Of a DNA stretch of 64,000 nucleotides, positions 1 to 11,650 are shown piece after piece (positions within the stretch are counted from its first letter, which is position 1; each line of letters begins with the position of its first letter). The translations under genes and the position numbers were made by a program. Under the pieces are notes generated by a model. That model was not told the origin of the DNA. It did no database searches and was given only the letters and a program-made list of their open reading frames with translations. The stretch is from NCBI GenBank assembly GCA_965644265.1, contig OZ286471.1, positions 84,196,001 to 84,260,000 of the forward strand. The letters are read 5' to 3'. Source of the DNA: Glycera tridactyla (lineage: Eukaryota).

Positions 1-1417
1 TGTGTTGTAGTTCTCACTTTTGGCTGCAGAAGTTGTCTGCCACCTCTCATTCCATAAACACTGGCCTTTTTATTGAACTGGTCAAACATGAAAAGAGGGC
101 TCATTTTATTAATGCACTTGTAGGTCTCAATTGCGAGAGATCGCAGCCTTGATACATATAATGGCTGCTTCTTTGTGCGACTCAAAATCTCTTGATAAGT
201 ATCATTGTAATCATTAAGAATGATTTGCAGGGCACGTTTTTGGAGCTTTCCAAGCTTCAGAGTGTTCTTGTTCCCACAAAAATGCTATACTAATGCACAA
301 TAGTTGAAATTTGATAGTACATAGGTGTTATAGACATTCATCCTACTGGCAGGATCAAGGTGTCTGGATAACCTTGTTAATGCTCTTAGCTGTAGGGATG
401 CTCTTTTACATAAAACAGAGATATACTTATCAAAATTGAGTTTGTTGTCAAGATGGACACCCAGGAGCTTGACAGTATCTTCAATCGGAACTTGAGTACC
501 AGATACTTGGAGTGTATGCTCCTCACTAGGTGCTGTTCCAAAACAAATAGCCTGGAACTTCGAGGGTTTGCTTGCATCAAATTATTTACAAACCATTCAG
601 AAGCTATTGTAGTGCTGTTTTTTAAGGATGTTATAACTTCTGCCAGATCGGGACTGTGGCAAGATAGAGTATTGTCATCAGCATAGTTAAACATCTTGCA
701 ATTATGAGGGATAGAGTAGAAGAGATCATTCAGGAGAACATCCAAAAGAATGGGTCCCAACACGGATCCTTGAGGGACTCCCTCATGCAAATGTTGCCAC
801 TCACTCCTGTGCTTACCTATTTTCACCCGCTGGTACCGGTTCATTAAATAACTCTTGACATGTTTACAAGCATCAACAGACAGCCCATAAGCATGCAGTT
901 TGCTCAGTGTCAATCTGTGAGGCAAACAGTCAAATGCTTTACTGAGATCCATCAGAATTGCCCCTACAGTCCCTCCTTTATCAAGAGCAGTCTTCCAATC
1001 TTCAATCAGGTTTAAGAGTACATATTGACAATTGTAATGTTTTCGGAAGGCTTCAAGCATATCTGACATGACAAGATCAAGGTAGGTACTGAGCTGTTCT
1101 GCATAAACTTTCTCAAAGATCTTTGAGAAGCAGGAGAGGATACTAACAGGTCTGTAATTTCCAGCCTCAAGTGTGCTGAACTTCTTATGAATAGGAGCCA
1201 CTTCAGCGAGCTTCATGGAGCATGGAAATGCTTGGTGTTTCAGTGAAAAGTTGACCAGGTTGGCTATGGGAGTAATTAGTTCCTCAGAGGCTATCTTGAC
1301 AATTTTAGGGGGAATGCCATCATGGCCAGTAGATTTCTTTACATTGAGGGTCTGAGGTATCTTTCTAACACTGGATTCTGACACTTGGCTGAAGTTGAAA
1401 GGGATGAGGTTGGCCAT
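1..1417 (-). pseudogene. LINE ORF2 reverse transcriptase domain and C-terminal region (frameshifted)
   Basis: ORF 386-1417: NYRPVSIL, LMDLSKAFD, GVPQGSVLGP, YADD. A 1-bp frameshift at ~570 (NP-KFQAICFG continues in another frame). Positions 1-40 read LLQPKVRTT, typical of the CR1/L2 ORF2 C-terminus. Confidence 0.92.
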
Positions 1418-1473
1418 GTTGGCCCTGATGTTGACAATGCTAGGGTGATTTTCATAGCATTGAACAATTTCCT

Positions 1474-2946
1474 CTATTGACTGAGCTTTGAGTTTCTGAC
1501 ATTATTACGTATTTTCTGGAAATCCTCCCAGTTTTTCTTTGTCCGTCCTTGATGGAAATATTTGTTATGGAGCTGTGCCTTCTTCGAACAGGCCTTACGT
1601 AGGTTGGAATTGATGAAAGATGCCCTTTGTTTCCTAGGTTTTTTGTATTTGAGGGGAGCATGATCATCAATCAGGTTCTGGATTATTTTCTTGTGAAACC
1701 ACGCAATATCAGACATGTCATCAAAAATATATCCCACTGAGAAAGGTGCAACAGCCAGTTCCTCCCTGAAAGTATGTTCATCAAAATGTTTATAACTGCA
1801 GTATTGAATCGCTGGTTCATCAGACCGGGGTATATGACACTTCGATGCAATAGCAATAAGATTATGGAAATCACTGAGACCTGTATCCACATCTATAGCA
1901 GCTGACCATCTCAGGGGTTTGTTCGGTAGCACCACATCAAGTAATGTATGGCATACTAATTTGAAGCAAGTAGGTTCTCTTACAAGATTCACAAAACCAT
2001 AGACATCCAGTACATCAGTAAGTGGCCTGGCATCCTCACACTTCAACATATCAATATTATAGTCTCCAACAAGCAGTATCTGTGAGAAATTTTCACTACC
2101 GATTACAGTAAAGAGACCCTCAAGCTGGCTGCAGAATAGCAATTTGTGCTTCCCATTAGGGTTATAGAGGAGAACAAACAACCATCGCTCTTTTTTCACC
2201 ATAATTTCAATGAGAAGTGACTCAAAAGGAGAGGATATATGTTGCTCAAGGTCAAAACGCCTTTGATAAGCAATATCTGAACCGAGTATACACATGATAC
2301 CTCCAACATTCGAGTTACGATCTGCTCTTTCAGTCTTGAAACCACTAACCGAAAATTGATGCATCGGAAAAGACTGATCGAGTTTCGTTTCACTGAGGAA
2401 GAAAATATCAATTAAGTTGCAGCAGAGGATGTCTGCCACTTCAGTGAACTTGTTCCTGATACTGTTTATGTTCAGATGTGAGACAACAAGATTTTTTGCA
2501 TGCTTCATTCTGAAACTTTTCAGAGAGTCCAAGAAGGATATTTTCTTCTCTATGCCATCATAGGCAAGGCTGACGTGTGATAGCTGAGAAATATTGAGAA
2601 AATTGGCGTTGAGGAACCCCTCCGCACAGTAAGGGATGACAGACAAATATGATAAGAAACCTCCACAATTCAAAACAGCTTGAGTCTGATTTGAGGCATG
2701 GTGCTCAGTGAGAGTGGGCCATTTGTCAATATCATGCAGTAAATTGTTGCCCAGTCGGTAATCTGGAAAGGAGACACATTGAGCAGGGGTAGCAGGCTCA
2801 ACTGATGCTTTGGATAGAAGGGGCATGAGGGATAAGTACTGCAGAAGACAACCTTTCCTAATGTGACTGCCAACTGCTTTGTTGATAAGTTCCTCACAGA
2901 CACAGCTGCTTGACAGAGGAGTCACAGAGTGAAATTCATGTGTCAT
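1474..2946 (-). pseudogene. LINE ORF2 APE endonuclease domain with ~155-aa N-terminal extension
   Basis: HLNINSIRNKF, LSETKLD, GGIMC, GDYNIDM, LLDVVL, SDFH motifs; a frameshift separates it from the RT ORF. Confidence 0.92.
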
Positions 2947-3404
2947 TTTGACAGGGTTATATTATTCTAAAATAAAGCTGAATTTCAAGAAATAATTGTG
3001 TACAACAAAACCCATATGCTTGGTACAACTATCGCCCTCAAAAAAAGTATCTGTAAAGTCTAAAATACATAAGTATGTTAAAAAATGATGTGGTAGAGTA
3101 ATCTCCAGCTAAAAGATCTGAGAGAATCACATTTCATATCACAAACCTGTTCATGCAGATCATGATTCAGATTGCAGGAAGAAATTATAGAATCAAGGTT
3201 CACACCATGTACTGGTTCATGCAAGTCATTGTTCAGGCTATTGCACAAAATGGGTGAGACATGGTTCTCATCAGACAGAAATTGGGACAGTTCAGAGGCA
3301 AAAACATTGGAGTCATTGAACACACCATTGTAGGCAATATCTCTATGACAGAATTGGTATTTCCAGACTTTCGAAAAAGCGGCACACTCTTCTTGGCCAG
3401 AGAC

Positions 3405-4948
3405 CTAATAGTAAGCACAGAATTTCCTTTTGTGACCTTTTGCTTGACAGTTGTGACACACAACTGGGCCTCCGTGTCTACATACTCTAGCGACATGACC
3501 TTTTTCCCCACAGTAATAGCACACTTTCTGACTTGTGACATTTCTATTGCCATAGTCATTTTGAGAGTATGATGTGCAATACTTTCCATAGTGATCTTGG
3601 GATTTGTAAGATCTATATGACCCACCCTGGAATTTATGAGATCTGTGGGAGACCTGCCATGTAGTATCCGGAGCAACTGAACTTTTCATGATTGGTTTAT
3701 TATCACGGCAGCCATTATACTTTGATCTGACTTGAGTTTGACTTTGTTTTTGTGCACTTTTATTTCGGGCATTCTTCCAGAAGCTATGACTGAGATCTTG
3801 GTAATTTTCAGACTCTGTCTCATGAGAATACCTGTCATCATTCTGGTAAGATGACTTACTGTTACCATGACTTCTCAAACCTCTGTTATGCTGACGTGCA
3901 GGTACAGCCCTGAGAGGAGCACCATTTCAGTTCTTCTGACCACCCATTGGTCAGAATGACTCCCCATCTTTCACTAACAGATGCAGGTTTTCCACCAAAT
4001 GAGCTGTGCCCTGCCTATTCAGGTGTACACCTCCATTGTCAAAATACCCATAATTGATCTTGCCATCACTCAGATAAAAATGTACAGATTGATCAATGAA
4101 ATTCACACCTTCATCAATGCACATACTTTGTAGGCCTGCATTAAAAGCTGCTATTCTATCTACGATATCACTTGAGCCAACTCTAGGTAATACATTTGAT
4201 ATATCTACAGACTGAGAAATGTTTTTGGCATCAGTGATGATTTGTCGCACACCTTTAACAAGTTCAGGTATATTTGAATCACACTCACAGTCATTGCCAA
4301 CAACTAAAACAGTGATCTTGGAATAATGAACATTTTTATTCATGTGCAAAGATATTATCTCTTGAAGATCCTTGATCTCACCTCCACGCTTGCACTCAAC
4401 TAATGTTTTCACTAGTTTACTTGCTGGTATATCACGAATGATACTGCTTCCGAGGAGCAATGATTTTGATGGTAAAATTGCTTTTGTGAATTTTTGCCAT
4501 GTGAGAGAAGATTTTTCTGCCTGGATTTTTGCTAGTTGTTCTCACAGTACCATATTTTCTTCTAAAAGTTTGTCGATTAACACTCTTTGTCCTTCGAGAT
4601 TTTTGTTGAAGGTAGCCAGTGTCAATTCTACCTGTTTCAGTGAAATGGCCATGCCTTTCACAGTTTCATTGATATTTTGGAGATAGGTGTGAAGGTCATT
4701 CACAAAAGGTGGCATGGCATGACTGCAACACTCAGACATCACTTTTGAACTCAGTTCATGAACACAAAAGAGAAGTTTGCTCATATACCCTGGTACCTGT
4801 TCTGTTTCACAAGCTTTCCCCTGATTGGGTGATTGTTCTATGGTAGATGCATGGGTGTTATGGCTACCATCCTCTGACAGTTGAAAAGTAATATTGTTAC
4901 TATCAATATTAGTAATATTGTTACTATCAAGAGGTGGTGCTGATGATT

Positions 4949-4988
<40 letters not shown>

Positions 4989-5589
4989 GGGGGAGGAGGA
5001 GGAGGAGGAGAAGGAGGAGGAGAAGGAAGGAGGAGGATGGAGAGTTTACACCATTGCTTTCATTGTCAGCTTTCTTGTTCATATCTGGTTTCATACTGCT
5101 CCCCCTGGGCTTTTTGGAAGATTCCTTGGCATAGCTCCCTTTCGAACCCTGAGCTGGACTGGCCAGAGGCTGTTTCCGTGGTCTCAGGCCTGTTCGGCCA
5201 GTAGGCTTCACGACTGAGTCGATTAGGGGAGGTTTAAGTCTCTGAACAGCATTGCCTGTGCAGCAGTCATTGTCTGGTGGAGAAGGAGCAGAAGATTAGT
5301 GTAGTGATGCACTAGGGACATTTCCCTCTGTCCCAGCAGAGAACATCATGCTGGAGTTGGCTACTATCTCTTGTACTTCATTGTTAATTGCATTGCTCAA
5401 AAAGTAACATTCATCCTGGATGTCAAAGTCGTTTAACTCCAAAGGCAGCATCTCACGCATCAACTGTGTAGTTACACGCCTTTCTTCAAATTTGTTAAAA
5501 CTCAACAATTCAAGAAAGTAGAGTTGATGCAGTCTCTTCTTCCTTTCTGATTCAAGTATTGTGCGAGCTTTATGTAACTGATGGGCCAT
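3405..5589 (-). pseudogene. LINE ORF1: N-terminal domain, poly-Ser, coiled coil, SGNH/GDSL esterase-like domain, two CCHC zinc knuckles (disrupted)
   Basis: ORFs 4542-4784, 3951-4460 and 3405-3878 share one frame and are separated only by nonsense codons; 5296-5589 and 4927-5211 share a second frame. Motifs: LLGSSIIRD, VVGND, GGVHLN, CYYCGEKGHVARVC, CHNCQAKGHKRKFC. Confidence 0.85.
4941..5040. repeat. Compound (GAT)n(GGA)n microsatellite inside LINE ORF1 (poly-Ser on the minus strand)
   Basis: Direct reading; TCA/TCC codons in the ORF1 frame. Confidence 0.9.
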
Positions 5590-6171
5590 GTTGATGGTTC
5601 AGCTACACAAGTCACCTAGCATGAGGGATAATCAGGTCAGGGCAATGACCTCACTGTTATGTAGTGGTAGTCTATAGAGCACTATAAGTAGCACAGGTGA
5701 GCACAGGTGAGCACAGCTGGGTCAGTCTGTTTCAATCACAGGTGGAACTAGATCCAGTTCTGCATGACTGAGCAGAGTGGTAGCAGCAGCATACAGGTAG
5801 TCATTAGCATACATCCAATAGGGATGTCTTCATAGATCAGATAAAAGATCAAATAAAATGCTCCTAATGCTGAAATACCGGATCAAAAGTATGTGATGTC
5901 CGCAGTCACTAAGTATTCACAAAAGTCTCTGCACAGTTAGAAGTAGCCACATGCAGGTTTTGTAAGGAAAATAATGACTTAGATCCAGAGCTTATGTGAG
6001 CTGTGTCCTGTGGCCGGAATCTCAGGGACATGAGCAAGACTGACATTTAGCTCATGCAACCAGATTCACTGTAATGAATACGGTGAAGATACTTCCCTGC
6101 ACCAGAATGCATATTCCGATTGTGCATATGAATGTCTGTATTGTGATATGGTATCTGCAATTCAACATAAT

Positions 6172-6375
6172 GTCGTATGTGTGTTCTTGAGAATGAGTGT
6201 GCGTATATATTAGTGTTGTTCTCTGATCAGATGTAAATCAAAGTAGGTAACCTGTGCTGATTTGACTATCCCTAACTGTGTGCATAAGCTACTAATACGA
6301 CCCTTCGGGGTCACTTGTAGATTCCATTGATCTTATGTAATAAACTTTTCTTATTCTTATTCTTATTCTTATAAT
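6172..6375 (+). mobile_element. ~200-bp 5'-truncated retroposon 3' end with AATAAA, (TTCTTA)n tail and ATAAT target-site duplication
   Basis: Absent from the paralogous empty site at ~33192 (gacataattatcc). ATAAT at 6167-6171 and 6371-6375; AATAAA at 6339-6344; hairpin gacccTTCGgggtc at 6299-6312. Confidence 0.75.
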
Positions 6376-7065
6376 CATCCATCACTCGAAGCATCCCCTT
6401 CGTCTATATCCTACATCTTAGCAAATTCAATATCCTAGTATAGAGTATAAAGTATGCAATTAGCAATGGAGTTGCTTTTCCCTGAGTCTGAATGATAAAC
6501 ACATTTAGAGCTTCTCTTCCTTAGATCATCTGGCGAAACTCTGAATGTATTCAGAAAACTGAAGCTTCTCTCGACATCTTTCGTCTATACATACCAATGC
6601 CATGCGAATGGGAGTCCTATCATACCCATGAGACAGATTGTTTGAGAACACTGTTCAATGCAGATGAGGAGTTATTGGTGTATCCCAGATATGTACTTCA
6701 TGAGTTCAAATTTACCTCTGTATGATTGCTTGATTGACGGTAGCATATATTCCTGTAATTGGGTGGCTGGAGTCATGCGATAATGGCTAAAATTGATGAG
6801 ACGGTCCACAGCTGCCAACTCATCCTGAATACACTATTGGTGAGGTGGAACCCTCTGAAGTTATGAAAGCCTGTACCACAGTTCCTGCCAGATTTTCATT
6901 CATCACCTAGTATTGTGATCGCTGTGTTCAGTGTATAATGAAAGACATGGAAAGAAGCTGAAGCTTAATGGAGATGCATGAAATGATTAAGGTCATTCAG
7001 GTGTTATCAAAGATTCTTCCTGTTCTGAATGCCAGGGTCCCATCATTATCGCAATTGGACAACAG

Positions 7066-7096
7066 CTCTCTCTCTCCCCCTCTCTCTCTCTCTCTA

Positions 7097-7131
<35 letters not shown>

Positions 7132-7306
7132 TTTTGAAAGATTGGACTTTGGATCTTATTCTGATATTCTGAGATCATTCCAGTGAATGATGAGAAGGGT
7201 AGTATATGTTCATCTCTGAGAAGTTGACGAGATATTGGTTGTTTTCCATCTATCTTAGCCACATTCCATATTCCCTGAAACATGAGATGTCTGTGTGTGG
7301 GATGGA

Positions 7307-7364
<58 letters not shown>

Positions 7365-7400
7365 CTGTGCACGTGTGTGTATGTGTGTATGTGTGTAAGC
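7066..7400. repeat. (CT)n/(GTCT)n and (GT)n microsatellites
   Basis: Direct reading; homologous tracts flank the gap at 34165-34720. Confidence 0.95.
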
Positions 7401-7739
7401 ATTTGTGTATGTATAACAGTAGGCATGAGAGAAGGGGTAGGGCAAAGAAGGGATCGGAAAAGAACAAGAGGGACGCTGGGAGGGAGGGAATCGTTGTTAT
7501 GGCATATATAGAGGGGAACACGTGACTTCTGGGGATTAAGGGTTAGGTTAGGAGCTTCTCAGCTGCCAGGAAGCACAATGACAATCTATGATTCACGTGT
7601 CTGAGCACGATAAATGAATCCTGCCAGACTCATTGTCGAGCTACATGTTAACAACAGCCTCTCTGAGGCAGCTTGTAGCAGTATGGCAACCATTCAATCT
7701 ACTCATTCTTCAATCATAGTGTTCGTATCCTTATCCTGT

Positions 7740-8230
7740 TTCCATTTTCTTTCTTTTGTACTGTCTCTCTTCCTGTCCGTTTCACTCTCGATCTGACCCT
7801 TTCTTTCTCTTTTTCTTCTGTCTTTCTTTCAAACCCTCTTATACATGTTCCATTCCTCTCTTTCCCTTTTTCCATCCACTATCTCTCTCTTTCCCTGCCC
7901 TTCTCTATCTCTCTCCATCTTTTCAACACTCTTTCCATCTCTCTTACCTTCTTAACTCTGTGATTTACCCCTTTTCTCCTCTCTCACTTTCTCACTCATT
8001 CTTCATTCGTCACTGATTGTCTGAACCCCACTATCCCTTCTCTTGCTTTTCCCTCTTTCTATTTTTCTTGCTCCATCTTTCTCTCTCCTGTCTATCTCTT
8101 TCCCTATCTTTTTTCTTTCTATCAGTCTCTCTATTTTCTAGTCCCCATACATGTCCGTCTGTTCGTCTCCCTCTCCATCATTCTCTCTCTCTTTCTTTGT
8201 CTCTCTCTTTCTTTCTCTTTCTCTTTCTCG
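7740..8230. repeat. Pyrimidine-rich (CT/CTTT) low-complexity tract
   Basis: Almost entirely C/T on the + strand. Confidence 0.9.
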
Positions 8231-11200
8231 GATGTACCAGACAGTGACTACAGTGTACTCCAGTGAATATGGAATTGATCCACGTGATCTCCACCAGATC
8301 AGATACTGTGGCCTCGCTATCACGTTAACAATATAAGATAAGCCCACTGGATCTTTGGGCGCTTTATTAAAGGCAATCCAGGAGGCTGAGTCAATGCATC
8401 GTGTTAATAACACATTATGAATTATATACTAGTGGAGAGCCAAAAGGGGAGGGCAAAGCTCGAATGATCTCCCGTGAGATCTGCGTACATCAGATGAACC
8501 AGTGAATGTTAAATGGCAAATCAAAGGTTTTGATAATCTATTTCGAGTTTCGAACTTTCAACCAGTGGGAAAAAGTTGTAGGATCGAGACAAACCACGAT
8601 CACCAAAAGATATCTTGTGAGCCACTTACACTTGACAACGTTTCCAGTTCCTCATTATTTCATGCTCGGAATTCATGAAGAATGATTTTTGTTGTAGAGC
8701 ATTCAGCTACCAAGGAACAGGAAAACACGGCCTACATAACTCCTTGTGTTGATATATGCTGGTGATCCGGAACCAATCGATTATTACGAATCAAGCTACG
8801 GAAACATCTGTCGGTTTTTTGCGTTCCGAATTTGAATCTGATTTCGGATAACCATCAGAATTCTAATGAGCGCTTACATATCTTGTTAGTTTCTCACTAG
8901 GATTTTATCCCTACCCAAGATCACATCCAACACCCTTGTCTGATTCACTTGTGCCGGATGATAAGTGTCCAAGGTTCGTCAAAATATCTTGCATTTTGGA
9001 GGATTCAGATGCAGATTCAAATACGGAGGTGTGTTCTGGACTGGTACAAACATACAAGTGCAATTTTTTCTGATAGCTGTCCGAATTCTGATCCAAATTT
9101 CGATGGCAAAAAACGGACAGGTGTGTTCGTAACTTTAGAGGGTACTTTATATGAAACCCATTGCTGGTTTCAATTATTACAGTCAAATGCCTATATGCAA
9201 GACAACCCAATATAAGATATCATCGATAGATATAACTGGTTGACACAATATATTTATTGGTAGAGCTTCATATTCATGCTTGATAATATTTTAGTAATGG
9301 CTGCATACTTGGGCCATAACACAGAGGCACACATCTCCCAGAGATTATTCCACGAGCACGAGATTATCATTAATCCTTCAATATTATGATCACAGTGTTG
9401 CCTATGTAATGAGGAGGGTCAGAATGAGAGGCTGCTAATTCATCAAGATACATAAGAATAACAAGGCTAATCTGCTCCTCTTACACATTCATCTTTATAA
9501 TCTCTCATATCAGCATCTTGTATCCTCAAGTCAGATTAACAATAGTTTCCTTTCCCTCCAGATTAGAGATTATCATTGCAGGTTCTAAGATATCCTCAGT
9601 GCGATACACCCCGAGGTGGTTGAAAAAACGTTGAACCCAAACAAGACATGAGTGGTTGAGCTGAAAACATGGATGAGCTACCCACCATCAGGCCTCTGTC
9701 TGATGGTGTGAGCGCCTGTCTGGGAACTGAAGAATGAATTGAGATTGGAGGATGGCCACTGGTTCAAGTGAGATTTACTCGGTCACTTCAACAAATTCTA
9801 TGGTCGTTATTGTTAAACATGTATGAGCGAACCAAAGCAACTACCAGAATCACCCAATATCTGACATCACACAAATTCTTCCAGAATGAATATCCCTTCT
9901 TATTCATTGAGAGTGAATTAGAACTCATACATGCATGGGTGACCCACAGCAACTACCCAGATCACCCATGGTCAGACAACACACCTGCAATTAATTTGAA
10001 ATGGATGTAATTCCATACCAAGGATATGCGGCGATTATTTTAGGGTGATCAAGAATCAACCAATCTTAGGATATTATCTGTCTTTCAACCAGTCAATGCT
10101 CGAAATATGACTTCAATCAAGAATGATGAATGTTGAATATGTTTCCTGCTACAGGACTCATATATACCGAAAAGGAGCTAGATGAGGCAGACCTTTGGGT
10201 GAGATGTGTGAGAAGGAGGCAGGGTTGTTGCTTTCTCATGAAAATTCTCCCAGCTGTTGCCATTTTGGACCCTTTGAAATTCTGTATGCAAAGAACGTGA
10301 GTGAATTGATGTTGCTTCTATCTTGGTCATTATCTTCGTTAATGGTATCTGAATTAGCTGTCCGTCTGCCGGCGTCTGATCACTTCACATCATCTCTCCC
10401 CATCCCTCTCTCCTCCACACATCAATCTGAGCCCTCTCACATCATTTTGAGATAGGCTGACTGGCTGTTTGATTGGTTTGTTTGTTGGGTGGTTTGGTGG
10501 CTGTTGCTCGTCCACGAGAGCTGAATCTTCTGTCCCCTACCCCCTTCAAAATACTAACTGAAACTGAAACATTTACAAACATCAATAATATATCAGAAGA
10601 GTTGTTTTCAGAACATGCATTATACTTCCTGGCAAACATTGGTACCATTCGGCAAGCTAAAATTGAAATTAAGGCATCAAATCTCCAAAAACGATTCATT
10701 AAAAGAATCAAGATGGACTTTATTTGGTAACCAGGCACTAGGGGAGGAATAAACGGCATTGGGTCCCCAAGCTATCATCTACTCCTCTCATCTTGTTTCC
10801 TGTAGACATCACTCTCACGAACCCTAACACAAGATTGGAAGGGAGGGGGAGGGGGGTTATCAGGAGCATTGTCAATCGAAAAACGTCTGACAGTTCAGGA
10901 CCACCCTCTCATGTCTAAAGTGAGCCTGAATGGATCTACTGACGGTGTAATCAAGTATAAAACTGGCAGGACGCTTACACTCAGGCCTGTAGCGGTATTC
11001 TCATACCCAACAATACATGTGACTCGATCACATAAATGCTAATGTTTCCTCCCGTTGAGAAACACTCCCAGCCAGCTGCATGATCAGATATGAGTTTCCT
11101 GGGTCCAGTATTTTATGTGGAGTTCTTAGACACACGTCTGAGCTGTGAACCACTTCCACTTGACAACCTTCCCATCAATCTATGCTCAGAGTTCATTAGG

Positions 11201-11555
11201 AATGATTGTCTCTGTGCCGAGAGCATTCAGCTTTCATGGATCAGGAAAACATGGCATATATAACTACTTGTTTGATGTATTCCATTTAATCTAATCCAAT
11301 TCATCAGTCTGAATACATGAACGATGCAGTCATATGAAACGTCAATGGATGATATTGTCGGAGAGTATGGCGGCATTTGTTTTTCATTGTATCATTTACG
11401 CTTCCATCTTCGCATATCCCCTATGGTGCTGATGTGGAACCACATAATTCAAAACTATAGTTGATAGATGGTCCTCCTGAAATGAAGACATTTTTTAACG
11501 CGATGAGAAACACCCACACAATAGATCAACCAGAATTGCACTGTTTACCTGTGTT

Positions 11556-11556
<1 letters not shown>

Positions 11557-11621
<65 letters not shown>

Positions 11622-11650
11622 GTCGTCGTCGTCGTCGTCGTCTTCATCAT
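11557..11650. repeat. (CAT)n(CGT)n microsatellite
   Basis: Direct reading; shorter homolog at ~37680-37725. Confidence 0.95.

Larger units (their letters stand above)
1..6017 (-). mobile_element. Near full-length CR1/L2-group non-LTR retrotransposon (5'UTR, ORF1, ORF2), decayed; 3' end lies beyond the window start
   Basis: ORF2 has APE and RT motifs; ORF1 has coiled-coil, SGNH-like and CCHC segments. The 5' boundary is placed where host homology to the paralogous block (tggccggaatctcagggac vs tggctagaatcttagggac at ~33013) starts. Confidence 0.9.

Noticed and set aside
3078-3323. Separate third ORF between LINE ORF1 and ORF2
   Set aside because: In frame with ORF1 after its stop and lacking an ATG start; more likely a decayed inter-ORF or ORF2 leader with a short internal duplication.
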